64,000 bases of DNA. Source: Eledone cirrhosa (Eukaryota). Position numbers and translations under genes: made by a program. The DNA lies in NCBI GenBank assembly GCA_964016885.1, contig OZ024756.1, positions 42,904,001 through 42,968,000 of the forward strand, given 5' to 3'. Below the pieces are notes generated by a model that was given only the letters and a program-made list of their open reading frames with translations, was not told where the DNA came from and ran no database searches. Positions 33,700-49,200 of the stretch are shown piece by piece (the stretch's first letter is position 1; each line of letters opens with the position of its first letter).

Positions 33700-35500
33700 A
33701 CACTAGTGACAGACATTGGACACACACTAGAGACAGACATAGGACACACATTAGAGACAGATATTGGATACACACTAGAGACAGACAATGGACACACTAG
33801 AGACAGACATTGGACACACACTAGAGACAGACATTGGACACACACTAGAGATAGACATTGGACACACACTAGAGATAGACATTGGACACACATTAGAGAC
33901 AGAGATTAGACACACACTAGAGACAGACATTGGACACACACTAGAGACATACATTGGACACACACTAGAGACAGACATTGGACACACACCATAGTCAGAC
34001 ATTGGACACACACACTAGAGAAAGACATTGGACACACAATAGAGACAGACATTAGACACACACCAGAGACAGACATTGGACACACACTAGAGACAGACGT
34101 TGGACACACACCAGAGACAGACATTGGACACAAAGTAGAGACAGACATTGGACACACACTAGAGACAGACATTGGAGACACTAGAGACAGACATTGGACA
34201 CACACACTAGTGACAGACATTGGACACACACTAGAGACAGACATTGAACACACAGTAAAGACAGACATTGGACACACGCTAGAGACAGACATTGGACACA
34301 CTAGAGACAGACATTGGACACACACTAGAGACAGACATTGGACACACACTAGAGACAGATATTGGACACACATTAGAGACAGAGATTAGACACACACCAG
34401 AGACAGACATTGGACACACACTAGAGACAGACATTGGACACACACTAGAGACAGACATTGGACACACACACTAGAGACAGACATTAGACACACACTAGAG
34501 ACAGACATTGGACACACACACTAGGGACAGACATTGGAGACACACTAGATACAGACATTGGACACACACTAGAGACAGACATTGGACACACACTAGAGAC
34601 AGACATTGGACACACACACTAGAGACAGACATTGGACACACACTAGAGACAGACGTTGGACACACACACTAGAGACAGACATTGGACACACACAAGAGAC
34701 AGACATTGTACACACTAGAGACAGACATTTGACACACACTAGAGACAGACGTTGGACACACACACTAGAGACAGACATTGGACACACACTAGAGACAGAC
34801 ATTGGACACACTAGAGACAGACATTGGACACACATTAGAGACAGACATTGGAGACACACTAGAGACAGACATTGGACACACACTATAGACAGACATTGGA
34901 AACACACTAGAGACAGACATTGGACACACACACTAGAGACAGACATTGGACACACACTAGAGACAGACGTTGGACACACACACTAGAGACAGACATTGGA
35001 CACACACAAGAGACAGACATTGTACACACTAGAGACAGACATTTGACACACACTAGAGACAGACGTTGGACACACACACTAGAGACAGACATTGGACACA
35101 CACTAGAGACAGACATTGGACACACTAGAGACAGACATTGGACACACACTAGAGACAGACATTGGAGACACACTAGAGACAGACATTGGACACACACTAT
35201 AGACAGACATTGGAAACACACTAGAGACAGACATTGGACACACACTAGAGACAGACATTGGAGACACACTAGAGACAGACATTGGACACACTCTAGAGAC
35301 AGACATTGGAAACACACTAGAGACAGACATTGGACACACACTATAGACAGACATTGGAGACACACTAGAGACAGACATTGGACACACACTAGAGACAGAC
35401 ATTGGACACACACCAGCGACAGACATTGGACACACACCAGAGACAGACATTGGACACACACTAGAGACAGACATTGGACACACACTAGAGACAGACATTT
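33700..35500. repeat. Block repeated at ~37150-38750 (offset ~3442-3466); contains an internal 314-bp tandem duplication at ~34600-35230
   Basis: Markers CCATAGTCAG at 33989/37431 and CAAAGTAG at 34131/37573. ORF pairs 34292/37734 and 34606/34920. Confidence 0.8.
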
Positions 35501-37689
35501 GACACACACAAGAGACAGACATTAGACACACACTAGAGACAGACATTGGACACACACTAGAGACAGACATTGGACACACACTAGAGACAGACATTGGACA
35601 CACATTAGAGACAGACGTTGGACACACATTAGAGACAGACATTGGACACACACTAGAGACAGACATTGGACACAGACTAGAGACAGACATTGGACACACA
35701 CTAGTGACAGACATTGGACACACACTATAGACAGACATTGGAAACACACTAGAGAGAGACATTGGATACACACTAGAGACAGACATTGGACACACTAGAG
35801 ACAGACATTGGGCACACACTAGAGACTGACATTGGACACACACTAGAGACAGACATTGGAGACACTAGAGATAGACATTGGACACACACACTAGTGACAG
35901 ACATTGGACGCACACTAGAGACAGACATTGGACACACACTAGAGACAGACATTGGATACACACTAGAGACAGACATTGGACACACTAGAGACAGACATTG
36001 GGCACACACTAGAGACTGACATTGGACACACACTAGAGACAGACATTGGAGACACTAGAGACAGACATTGGACACACACACTAGTGACAGACATTGGACA
36101 CACACTAGAGACAGAAATTGAACACACAGTAAAGACAGACATTGGACACACACTAGAGACAGACATTGGACACACTAGAGACAGACATTGGACACACACT
36201 AGAGACAGACATTGGACACACACTAGAGACAGATATTGGACACACATTAGAGACAGAGATTAGACACACAATAGAGACAGACATTGGACACACACTAGAG
36301 ACAGACATTGGACACACACTAGAGACAGACATTGGACACACACTAGTGACAGACATTGGACACACACCAGAGTCAGATATTAGACACACACACTAGAGAA
36401 AGACATTGGATACACAATAGAGACAGACATTAGACACACACCAGAGACAGACATTGGACACACACTAGAGACAGACATTGGACACACACCAGAGACAGAC
36501 ATTTGACACACACTAGAGACAGACATTGGACACACACTAGAGACAGACATTGAACACACACTAGAGAAAAACATTTGACACACACTAGAGACAGACATTG
36601 GACACACACACTAGAGACAGACATTGGACACACACTAGAGACAGACATTGGACACACACTAGAGACAGACATTGGACACACACACTAGAGACAGACATTG
36701 GACACACACTAGAGACAGACATTGGACACACACACTAGGGACAGACATTGGAGACACACTAGATACAGACATTGGACACACACTAGAGACAGACATTGGA
36801 CACACTCTAGAGACAGACATTGGACACACACCAGAGACAGACATTGGACACACACTAGAAACAGACATTGGAGACACACTAGAGACAGACATTGGACACA
36901 CACTAGAGACAGACATTTGACACACACTAGAGACAGACATTGGACACACACTAGAGACAGACATTGGACACACACTAGAGACAGACATTGGACACACACC
37001 AGAGACAGACATTGGACACACACCAGAGACTGACATTGGACACACACTAGAGACAGACATTGGACACACACTAGAGACAGACATTGGACACACACCAGAG
37101 ACAGACATTGGACACACACTAGAGACAGACATTGGACACACACTATAGACAGACATTGGACACACACACTAGTGACAGACATTGGACACACACTAGAGAC
37201 AGACATTGGACACATATTAGAGACAGATATTGGATACACACTAGAGACAGACATTGGACACACTAGAGACAGACATTGGACACACACTAGAGACAGACAT
37301 TGGACACACACTAGAGATAGACATTGGACACACATTAGAGACAGAGATTAGACACACACTAGAGACAGACATTGGACACACACTAGAGACATACATTGGA
37401 CACACACTAGAGACAGACATTGGACACACACCATAGTCAGACATTGGACACACACACTAGAGAAAGACATTGGACACACAATAGAGACAGACATTAGACA
37501 CACACCAGAGACAGACATTGGACACACACTAGAGACAGACGTTGGACACACACCAGAGACAGACATTGGACACAAAGTAGAGACAGACATTGGACACACA
37601 CTAGAGACAGACATTGGAGACACTAGAGACAGACATTGGACACACGCACTAGTGACAGACATTGGACACACACTAGAGACAGACATTGA

Positions 37690-40600
37690 ACACACAGTAA
37701 AGACAGACATTGGACACACACTAGAGACAGACATTGGACACACTAGAGACAGACATTGGACACACACTAGAGACAGACATTGGACACACACTAGAGACAG
37801 ATATTGGACACACATTAGAGACAGAGATTAGACACACACTAGAGACAGACATTGGACACACACTAGAGACAGACATTGGACACACACTAGAGACAGACAT
37901 TGGACACACACACAAGAGACAGACATTAGACACACACTAGAGACAGACATTGGACACACACACTAGGGACAGACATTGGAGACACACTAGATACAGACAT
38001 TGGACACACACTAGAGACAGACATTGGACACACACTAGAGACAGACATTGGACACACACTAGAGACAGACATTGGACACACACTAGAGAAACACATTTGA
38101 CACACACTAGAGACAGGCATTGGACACACACACTAGAGACAGACATTGGACACACACTAGAGACAGACGTTGGACACACACACTAGAGACAGACATTTGA
38201 CACACACAAGAGACAGACATTGTACACACTAGAGACAGACATTTGACACACACTAGAGACAGGCGTTGGACACACACACTAGAGACAGACATTGGACACA
38301 CACTAGAGACAGACATTGGACACACTAGAGACAGACATTGGACACACACTAGAGACAGACATTGGAGACACACTAGAGACAGACATTGGACACACACTAT
38401 AGACAGACATTGGAAACACACTAGAGACAGACATTGGACACACACTAGAGACAGACATTGGAGACACACTAGAGACAGACATTGGACACACACTAGAGAC
38501 AGACATTGGAAACACACTAGAGACAGACATTGGACACACACTATAGACAGACATTGGAGACACACTAGAGACAGACATTGGACACACACTAGAGACAGAC
38601 ATTGGACACACACCAGAGACAGACATTGGACACACACCAGAGACAGACATTGGACACACACTAGAGACAGACATTGGACACACACTAGAGACAGACATTG
38701 GACACACACCAGAGACAGACATTGGACACACACTAGAGACAGACATTGGACACACTAGAGACAGACATTGGACACACTAGAGACAGATATTGGTCACACA
38801 CTAGAGACAGACATTTGACACACACAAGAGACAGACATTAGACACACACGCTAGTGACAGACATTGGACACACACTAGAGACAGAAATTGAACACACAGT
38901 AAAGACAGACATTGGACACACACTAGAGACAGACATTGGACACACTAGAGACAGACATTGGACACACACTAGAGACAGACATTGGACACACACTAGAGAC
39001 AGATATTGGACACACATTAGAGACAGAGATTAGACACACAATAGAGACAGGCATTGGACACACACTAGAGACAGACATTGGACACACACTAGAGACAGAC
39101 ATTGGACACACACTAGTGACAGACATTGGACACACACCAGAGTCAGATATTAGACACACACACTAGAGAAAGACATTGGATACACAATAGAGACAGACAT
39201 TAGACACACACCAGAGACAGACATTGATCACACACTAGAGACAGACATTGGACACACACCAGAGATAGACATTTGACACACACTAGAGACACACATTGGA
39301 CACACACTAGAGACAGACAGTGAACACACACTAGAGAAAAACATTTGACACACACACTAGAGACAGACATTAGACCCACACTAGAGACAGACATTGGACA
39401 CACACACTAGGGACAGACATTGGAGACACACTAGATACAGACATTGGACACACACTAGAGACAGACATTGGACACACTCTAGAGACAGACATTGGACACA
39501 CACCAGAGACAGACATTGGACACACACTAGAAACAGACATTGGAGACACACTAGAGACAGACATTGGACACACACTAGAGACAGACATTTGACACACACT
39601 AGAGACAGACATTGGACACACACTAGAGACAGACATTGGACACACACTAGAGACAGACATTGGACACACACCAGAGACAGACATTGGACACAAACCAGAG
39701 ACAGACATTGGACACACAATAGAGACAGACATTGGACACACACTAGAGACTGACCTTGGACACACACCAAAGACAGACATTGGACACACACAAGAGACAG
39801 ACATTGGACACCCACTAGAGACAGACATTGGACACACACTAGAGACAGACATTGGACACACTAGAGACAGACATTGGACACACTAGAGACAGACATTGGT
39901 CACACACTAGAGACAGACATTGGACACACACTAGAGACAGACATTAGACACACACTAGAGACAGACATTGGACACACACTAGAGACAGACATTGGACACA
40001 CACTAGAGACAGACATTGGACACACATTAGAGACAGACGTTGGACACACATTAGAGACAGACATTGGACACACACTAGAGACAGACATTGGACACACACT
40101 AGAGACAGACATTGGACACACTAGAGACAGACATTGGACACACTAGTGACAGACATTGGACATACACACTAGTGACAGACATTGGACACACACTAGAGAC
40201 AGACATTGGACACACACCAGAGACAGACATTGGCCACACACCAGAGACAGACATTGGACACACACTAGAAACAGACATTGGACACACACTAGAGACAGAC
40301 ATTGGACACACACCAGAGACATACATTGGACACACACTAGAGACAGACATTGGACACACAGTAAAGACAGACATTGGACACACACTAGAGACAGACATTG
40401 GACACACTAGAGACAGACATTGGACACACACTAGAGACAGACATTGGACACACACTAGAGACAGATATTGGACACACATTAGAGACAGAGATTAGACACA
40501 CACTAGAGACAGACATTGGACACACACTAGAGACAGACATTGGACACACACTAGAGACAGACATTGGACACACACTAGAGACAGACATTGGACACACACA

Positions 40601-43048
40601 CAAGAGACAGACATTAGACACACACTAGAGACAGACATTGGACACACACACTAGGGACAGACATTGGAGACACACTAGATACAGACATTGGACACACACT
40701 AGAGACAGACATTGGACACACACTAGAGACAGACATTGGACACACACTAGAGACAGACATTGGACACACACTAGAGAAACACATTTGACACACACTAGAG
40801 ACAGACATTGGACACACACACTAGAGACAGACATTGGACACACACTAGAGACAGACGTTGGACACACACACTAGAGACAGACATTTGACACACACAAGAG
40901 ACAGACATTGTACACACTAGAGACAGACATTTGACACACACTAGAGACAGGCGTTGGACACACACACTAGAGACAGACATTGGACACACACTAGAGACAG
41001 ACATTGGACACACTAGAGACAGACATTGGACACACACTAGAGACAGACATTGGAGACACACTAGAGACAGACATTGGACACACACTATAGACAGACATTG
41101 GAAACACACTAGAGACAGACATTGGACACACACTAGAGACAGACATTGGAGACACACTAGAGACAGACATTGGACACACACTAGAGACAGACATTGGAAA
41201 CACACTAGAGACAGACATTGGACACACACTATAGACAGACATTGGAGACACACTAGAGACAGACATTGGACACACACTAGAGACAGACATTGGACACACA
41301 CCAGAGACAGACATTGGACACACACCAGAGACAGACATTGGACACACACTAGAGACAGACATTGGACACACACTAGAGACAGACATTGGACACACACCAG
41401 AGACAGACATTGGACACACACTAGAGACAGACATTGGACACACTAGAGACAGACATTGGACACACTAGAGACAGATATTGGTCACACACTAGAGACAGAC
41501 ATTTGACACACACAAGAGACAGACATTAGACACACACGCTAGTGACAGACATTGGACACACACTAGAGACAGAAATTGAACACACAGTAAAGACAGACAT
41601 TGGACACACACTAGAGACAGACATTGGACACACTAGAGACAGACATTGGACACACACTAGAGACAGACATTGGACACACACTAGAGACAGATATTGGACA
41701 CACATTAGAGACAGAGATTAGACACACAATAGAGACAGGCATTGGACACACACTAGAGACAGACATTGGACACACACTAGAGACAGACATTGGACACACA
41801 CTAGTGACAGACATTGGACACACACCAGAGTCAGATATTAGACACACACACTAGAGAAAGACATTGGATACACAATAGAGACAGACATTAGACACACACC
41901 AGAGACAGACATTGATCACACACTAGAGACAGACATTGGACACACACCAGAGATAGACATTTGACACACACTAGAGACACACATTGGACACACACTAGAG
42001 ACAGACAGTGAACACACACTAGAGAAAAACATTTGACACACACACTAGAGACAGACATTAGACCCACACTAGAGACAGACATTGGACACACACACTAGGG
42101 ACAGACATTGGAGACACACTAGATACAGACATTGGACACACACTAGAGACAGACATTGGACACACTCTAGAGACAGACATTGGACACACACCAGAGACAG
42201 ACATTGGACACACACTAGAAACAGACATTGGAGACACACTAGAGACAGACATTGGACACACACTAGAGACAGACATTTGACACACACTAGAGACAGACAT
42301 TGGACACACACTAGAGACAGACATTGGACACACACTAGAGACAGACATTGGACACACACCAGAGACAGACATTGGACACAAACCAGAGACAGACATTGGA
42401 CACACAATAGAGACAGACATTGGACACACACTAGAGACTGACCTTGGACACACACCAAAGACAGACATTGGACACACACAAGAGACAGACATTGGACACC
42501 CACTAGAGACAGACATTGGACACACACTAGAGACAGACATTGGACACACTAGAGACAGACATTGGACACACTAGAGACAGACATTGGTCACACACTAGAG
42601 ACAGACATTGGACACACACTAGAGACAGACATTAGACACACACTAGAGACAGACATTGGACACACACTAGAGACAGACATTGGACACACACTAGAGACAG
42701 ACATTGGACACACATTAGAGACAGACGTTGGACACACATTAGAGACAGACATTGGACACACACTAGAGACAGACATTGGACACACACTAGAGACAGACAT
42801 TGGACACACTAGAGACAGACATTGGACACACTAGTGACAGACATTGGACATACACACTAGTGACAGACATTGGACACACACTAGAGACAGACATTGGACA
42901 CACACCAGAGACAGACATTGGCCACACACCAGAGACAGACATTGGACACACACTAGAAACAGACATTGGACACACACTAGAGACAGACATTGGACACACA
43001 CCAGAGACATACATTGGACACACACTAGAGACAGACATTGGACACACA
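37690..43048. repeat. Near-perfect ~2.69 kb tandem duplication (copy 1 ~37690-40360, copy 2 ~40361-43048)
   Basis: Offset 2688 for ORFs 37950/40638, 38243/40931, 38936/41624, 39394/42082 and 39874/42562. Private markers GGCGTTGG 38262/40950, TTGATCAC 39224/41912 and CAGTGAAC 39318/42006. Confidence 0.95.
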
Positions 43049-43299
43049 CTAGAGACAGACATTGGACACACACGCTAGAGACAGACATTGGACACACACA
43101 CTAGAGACAGACATTGGACACACACTAGAGACAGACATTGGATACACACTAGAGACAGACATCGGACACACTAGAGACAGACATTGGGCACACACTAGAG
43201 ACTGACATTGGACACACACTAGAGACAGACATTGGAGACACTAGAGACAGACATTGGACAAACACACTAGGGACAGACATTGGACACACACTAGAGACA

Positions 43300-46200
43300 G
43301 ACATTGGACACACACTAGTGACAGACATTGGACACACACCAGAGTCAGATATTAGACACACACACTAGAGAAAGACATTGGATACACAATAGAGACAGAC
43401 ATTAGACACACACCAGAGACAGACATTGGACACACACTAGAGACAGACATTGGACACACACCAAGGACAAACATTTGACACACACTAGAGACAGACATTG
43501 GACACACACTAGAGACAGACATTGGACACACACTAGAGAAAAACATTTGACACACACTAGAGACAGATATTGGACACACACACTAGAGACAGACATTGGA
43601 CACACACTAGAGACAGACATTGGACACACACTAGAGACAGACATTGGACACACACACTAGAGACAGACATTAGACACACACTAGAGACAGACATTGGACA
43701 CACACACTAGGGACAGACATTGGAGACACACTAGATACAGACATTGGACACACACTAGAGACAGACATTGGACACACTCTAGAGACAGACATTGGACACA
43801 CACCAGAGACAGACATTGGACACACACTAGAAACAGACATTGGAGACACACTAGAGACAGACATTGGACACACACTAGAGACAGACATTTGACACACACT
43901 AGAGACAGACATTGGACACACACTAGAGACAGACATTGGACACACACTAGAGACAGACATTGGACACACACCAGAGACAGACATTGGACACAAACCAGAG
44001 ACAGACATTGGACACACAATAGAGACTGACCTTGGACACACACCAAAGACAGACATTGGACACACACAAGAGACAGACATTGGACACCCACTAGAGACAG
44101 ACATTGGACACACACTAGAGACAGACATTGGACACACTAGAGACAGACATTGGACACACTAGAGACAGACATTGGTCACACACTAGAGACAGACATTGGA
44201 CACACACTAGAGACAGACATTAGACACACACTAGAGACAGACATTGGACACACACTAGAGACAGACATTGGACACACACTAGAGACAGACATTGGACACA
44301 CATTAGAGACAGACGTTGGACACACACTAGAGACAGACATTGGACACACACTAGAGACAGACATTGGACACACACTAGAGACAGACATTGAACACACAGT
44401 AAAGACAGACATTGGACACACACTAGAGACAGACATTGGACACACTAGAGACAGACATTGGACACACACTAGAGACAGACATTGGACACACACTAGAGAC
44501 AGATATTGGACACACATTAGAGACAGAGATTAGACACACACTAGAGACAGACATTGGACACACACTAGAGACAGACATTGGACACACACTAGAGACAGAC
44601 ATTGGACACACACTAGAGACAGACATTGGATACACAATAGAGACAGACATTAGACACACACCAGAGACAGACATTGGACACACACTAGAGACAGACATTG
44701 GACACACACCAGAGACAGACATTTGACACACACTAGAGACAGACATTGGACACACACTAGAAACAGGCATTGGACACACACTAGAGACAGACATTGGACA
44801 AACACTAGAGACAGACATTGGACACACACTAGAGACAGACATTGGACACACACTAGAGAAAAAACATTTGACACACACTAGAGACAGACATTGGACACAC
44901 ACACTAGAGACAGACATTGGACACACACTAGAAACAGGCATTGGACACACACTAGAGACAGACATTGGACACACACTAGAGAAAAAACATTTGACACACA
45001 CTAGAGACAGACATTGGACACACACACTAGAGACAGACATTGGACACACACTAGAGACAGACATTGGACACACACTAGAGAGAGACATTGGACACACACA
45101 CTAGAGACAGACATTAGACACACACTAGAGACAGACATTGGACACACACACTAGGGACAGACATTGGAGACACACTAGATACAGACATTGGACACACACT
45201 AGAGACAGACATTGGACACACACTAGAGACAGACATTGGACAAACACTAGAGACAGACATTGGACACACACTAGAGACAGCCATTGGAAACACACCAGAG
45301 ACAGACATTGGACACAAACCAGAGACAGACATTGGACACACACTAGAGACAGACATTGGACACACACTAGAGACAGACATTGGACACACACCAAAGACAG
45401 ACATTGGACACACACAAGAGACAGACAGACATTGGACACACACTAGAGACAGACATTGGACACACACCAGAGACAGACATTGGACACAAACCAGAGACAG
45501 ACATTGGACACACAATAGAGACAGACATTGGACACACACTAGAGACTGACCTTGGACACACACCAAAGACAGACATTGGACACACACAAGAGACAGACAT
45601 TGGACACCCACTAGAGACAGACATTGGACACACACTAGAGACAGACATTGGACACACTAGAGACAGACATTGGACACACTAGAGACAGACATTGGTCACA
45701 CACTAGAGACAGACATTGGACACACACTAGAGACAGACATTAGACACACACTAGAGACAGACATTGGACACACACTAGAGACAGACATTGGACACACACT
45801 AGAGACAGACATTGGACACACATTAGAGACAGACGTTGGACACACACTAGAGACAGACATTGGACACACACTAGAGACAGACATTGGACACACACTAGAG
45901 ACAGACATTGAACACACAGTAAAGACAGACATTGGACACACACTAGAGACAGACATTGGACACACTAGAGACAGACATTGGACACACACTAGAGACAGAC
46001 ATTGGACACACACTAGAGACAGATATTGGACACACATTAGAGACAGAGATTAGACACACACTAGAGACAGACATTGGACACACACTAGAGACAGACATTG
46101 GACACACACTAGAGACAGACATTGGACACACACTAGAGACAGGCATTGGACACACAACAGAATCAGATATTGGACACACACACTAGAGAAAGACATTGGA

Positions 46201-49200
46201 TACACAATAGAGACAGACATTAGACACACACCAGAGACAGACATTGGACACACACTAGAGACAGACATTGGACACACACTAGAGACAGGCATTGGACACA
46301 CACTAGAGACAGACATTGGACACACACTAGAGAAAAACATTTGACACACACTAGAGACAGACATTGGACACACACACTAGAGACAGACATTGGACACACA
46401 CTAGAGACAGACATTGGACACACACTAGAGAGAGACATTGGACACACACACTAGAGACAGACATTAGACACACACTAGAGACAGACATTGGACACACACA
46501 CTAGGGACAGACATTGGAGACACACTAGATACAGACATTGGACACACACTAGAGACAGACATTGGACACACACTAGAGACAGCCATTGGAAACACACCAG
46601 AGACAGACATTGGACACAAACCAGAGACAGACATTGGACACACACTAGAGACAGACATTGGACACACACTAGAGACAGACATTGGACACACACCAAAGAC
46701 AGACATTGGACACACACAAGAGACAGACAGACATTGGACACACACTAGAGACAGACATTGGACACACACCAGAGACAGACATTGGACACAAACCAGAGAC
46801 AGACATTGGACACACAATAGAGACAGACATTGGACACACACTAGAGACTGACCTTGGACACACACCAAAGACAGACATTGGACACACACAAGAGACGGAC
46901 ATTGGACACCCACTAGAGACAGACATTGGACACACACTAGAGACAGACATTGGACACACTAGAGACAGACATTGGACACACTAGCGACAGACATTGGTCA
47001 CACACTAGAGACAGACATTGGACACACACTAGAGACAGACATTAGACACACACTAGAGACAGACATTGGACACACACTAGAGACAGACATTGGACACACA
47101 CTAGAGACAGACATTGGACACACATTAGAGACAGACGTTGGACACACACTAGAGACAGACATTGGACACACACTAGAGACAGACATTGGACACACACTAG
47201 AGACAGACATTGAACACACAGTAAAGACAGACATTGGACACACACTAGAGACAGACATTGGACACACTAGAGACAGACATTGGACACACACTAGAGACAG
47301 ACATTGGACACACACTAGAGACAGATATTGGACACACATTAGAGACAGAGATTAGACACACACTAGAGACAGACATTGGACACACACTAGAGACAGACAT
47401 TGGACACACACTAGAGACAGACATTGGACACACACTAGAGACAGACATTGGACACACACCAGAATCAGATATTGGACACACACACTAGAGAAAGACATTG
47501 GATACACAATAGAGACAGACATTAGACACACACCAGAGACAGACATTGGACACACACTAGAGACAGACATTGGACACACACCAGAGACAGACATTTGACA
47601 CACACTAGAGACAGACATTGGACACACACTAGAGACAGGCATTGGACACACACTAGAGACAGACATTGGACACACACTAGAGAAAAACATTTGACACACA
47701 CTAGAGACAGACATTGGACACACACACTAGAGACAGACATTGGACACACACTAGAGACAGACATTGGACACACACTAGAGAGAGACATTGGACACACACA
47801 CTAGAGACAGACATTAGACACACACTAGAGACAGACATTGGACACACACACTAGGGACAGACATTGGAGACACACTAGATACAGACATTGGACACACACT
47901 AGAGACAGACATTGGACACACACTAGAGACAGACATTGGACACACACAAGAGACAGACATTGGACACACACTAGAAACAGACATTGGACACACACTAGAG
48001 ACAGACATTGGACACACAATAGAGACAGACATTGGACACACACTAGAGACAGACATTGGACAAACACTAGAGACAGACATTGGACACACACTAGAGACAG
48101 CCATTGGAAACACACCAGAGACAGACATTGGACACAAACCAGAGACAGACATTGGAGACACACTAGAGACAGACATTGGACACACACTAGAGACAGACAT
48201 TGGACACACACTAGAGACAGACATTGGACACACACTAGAGACAGACATTGAACACACAGTAAAGACAGACATTGGACACACACTAGAGACAGACATTGGA
48301 CACACTAGAGACAGACATTGGACACACACTAGAGACAGACATTGGAAACACACCAGAGACAGACATTGGACACAAACCAGAGACAGACATTGGACACACA
48401 CTAGAGACAGACATTGGACACACACTAGAGACAGACATTGGACACACACCAAAGACAGACATTGGACACACACAAGAGACAGACAGACATTGGACACACA
48501 CTAGAGACAGACATTGGACACACACCAGAGACAGACATTGGACACAAACCAGAGACAGACATTGGACACACAATAGAGACAGACATTGGACACACACTAG
48601 AGACAGACATTGGACACACACCAAAGACAGACATTGGACACACACAAGAGACAGACATTGGAAACCCACTAGAGACAGACATTGGACACACACTAGAGAC
48701 AGACATTGGACACACTAGAGACAGACATTGGACACACTAGAGACAGACATTGGTCACACACTAGAGACAGACATTGGACACACACTAGAGACAGACATTA
48801 GACACACACTAGAGACAGACATTGGACACACACTAGAGACAGACATTGGACACACACTAGAGACAGACATTGGACACACATTAGAGACAGACGTTGGACA
48901 CACACTAGAGACAGACATTGGACACACACTAGAGACAGACATTGGACACACACTAGAGACAGACATTGAACACACAGTAAAGACAGACATTGGACACACA
49001 CTAGAGACAGACATTGGACACACTAGAGACAGACATTGGACACACACTAGAGACAGACATTGGACACACACTAGAGACAGATATTGGACACACATTAGAG
49101 ACAGAGATTAGACACACACTAGAGACAGACATTGGACACACACTAGAGACAGACATTGGACACACACTAGAGACAGACATTGGACACACACTAGAGACAG

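Noticed and set aside
37690-43048. Duplication offset 2688 is an exact multiple of 24 (112 monomers)
   Set aside because: Other periods (700, 1444, 1470, 3335, 4052, 5023) are not multiples of 24, so this is compatible with chance.
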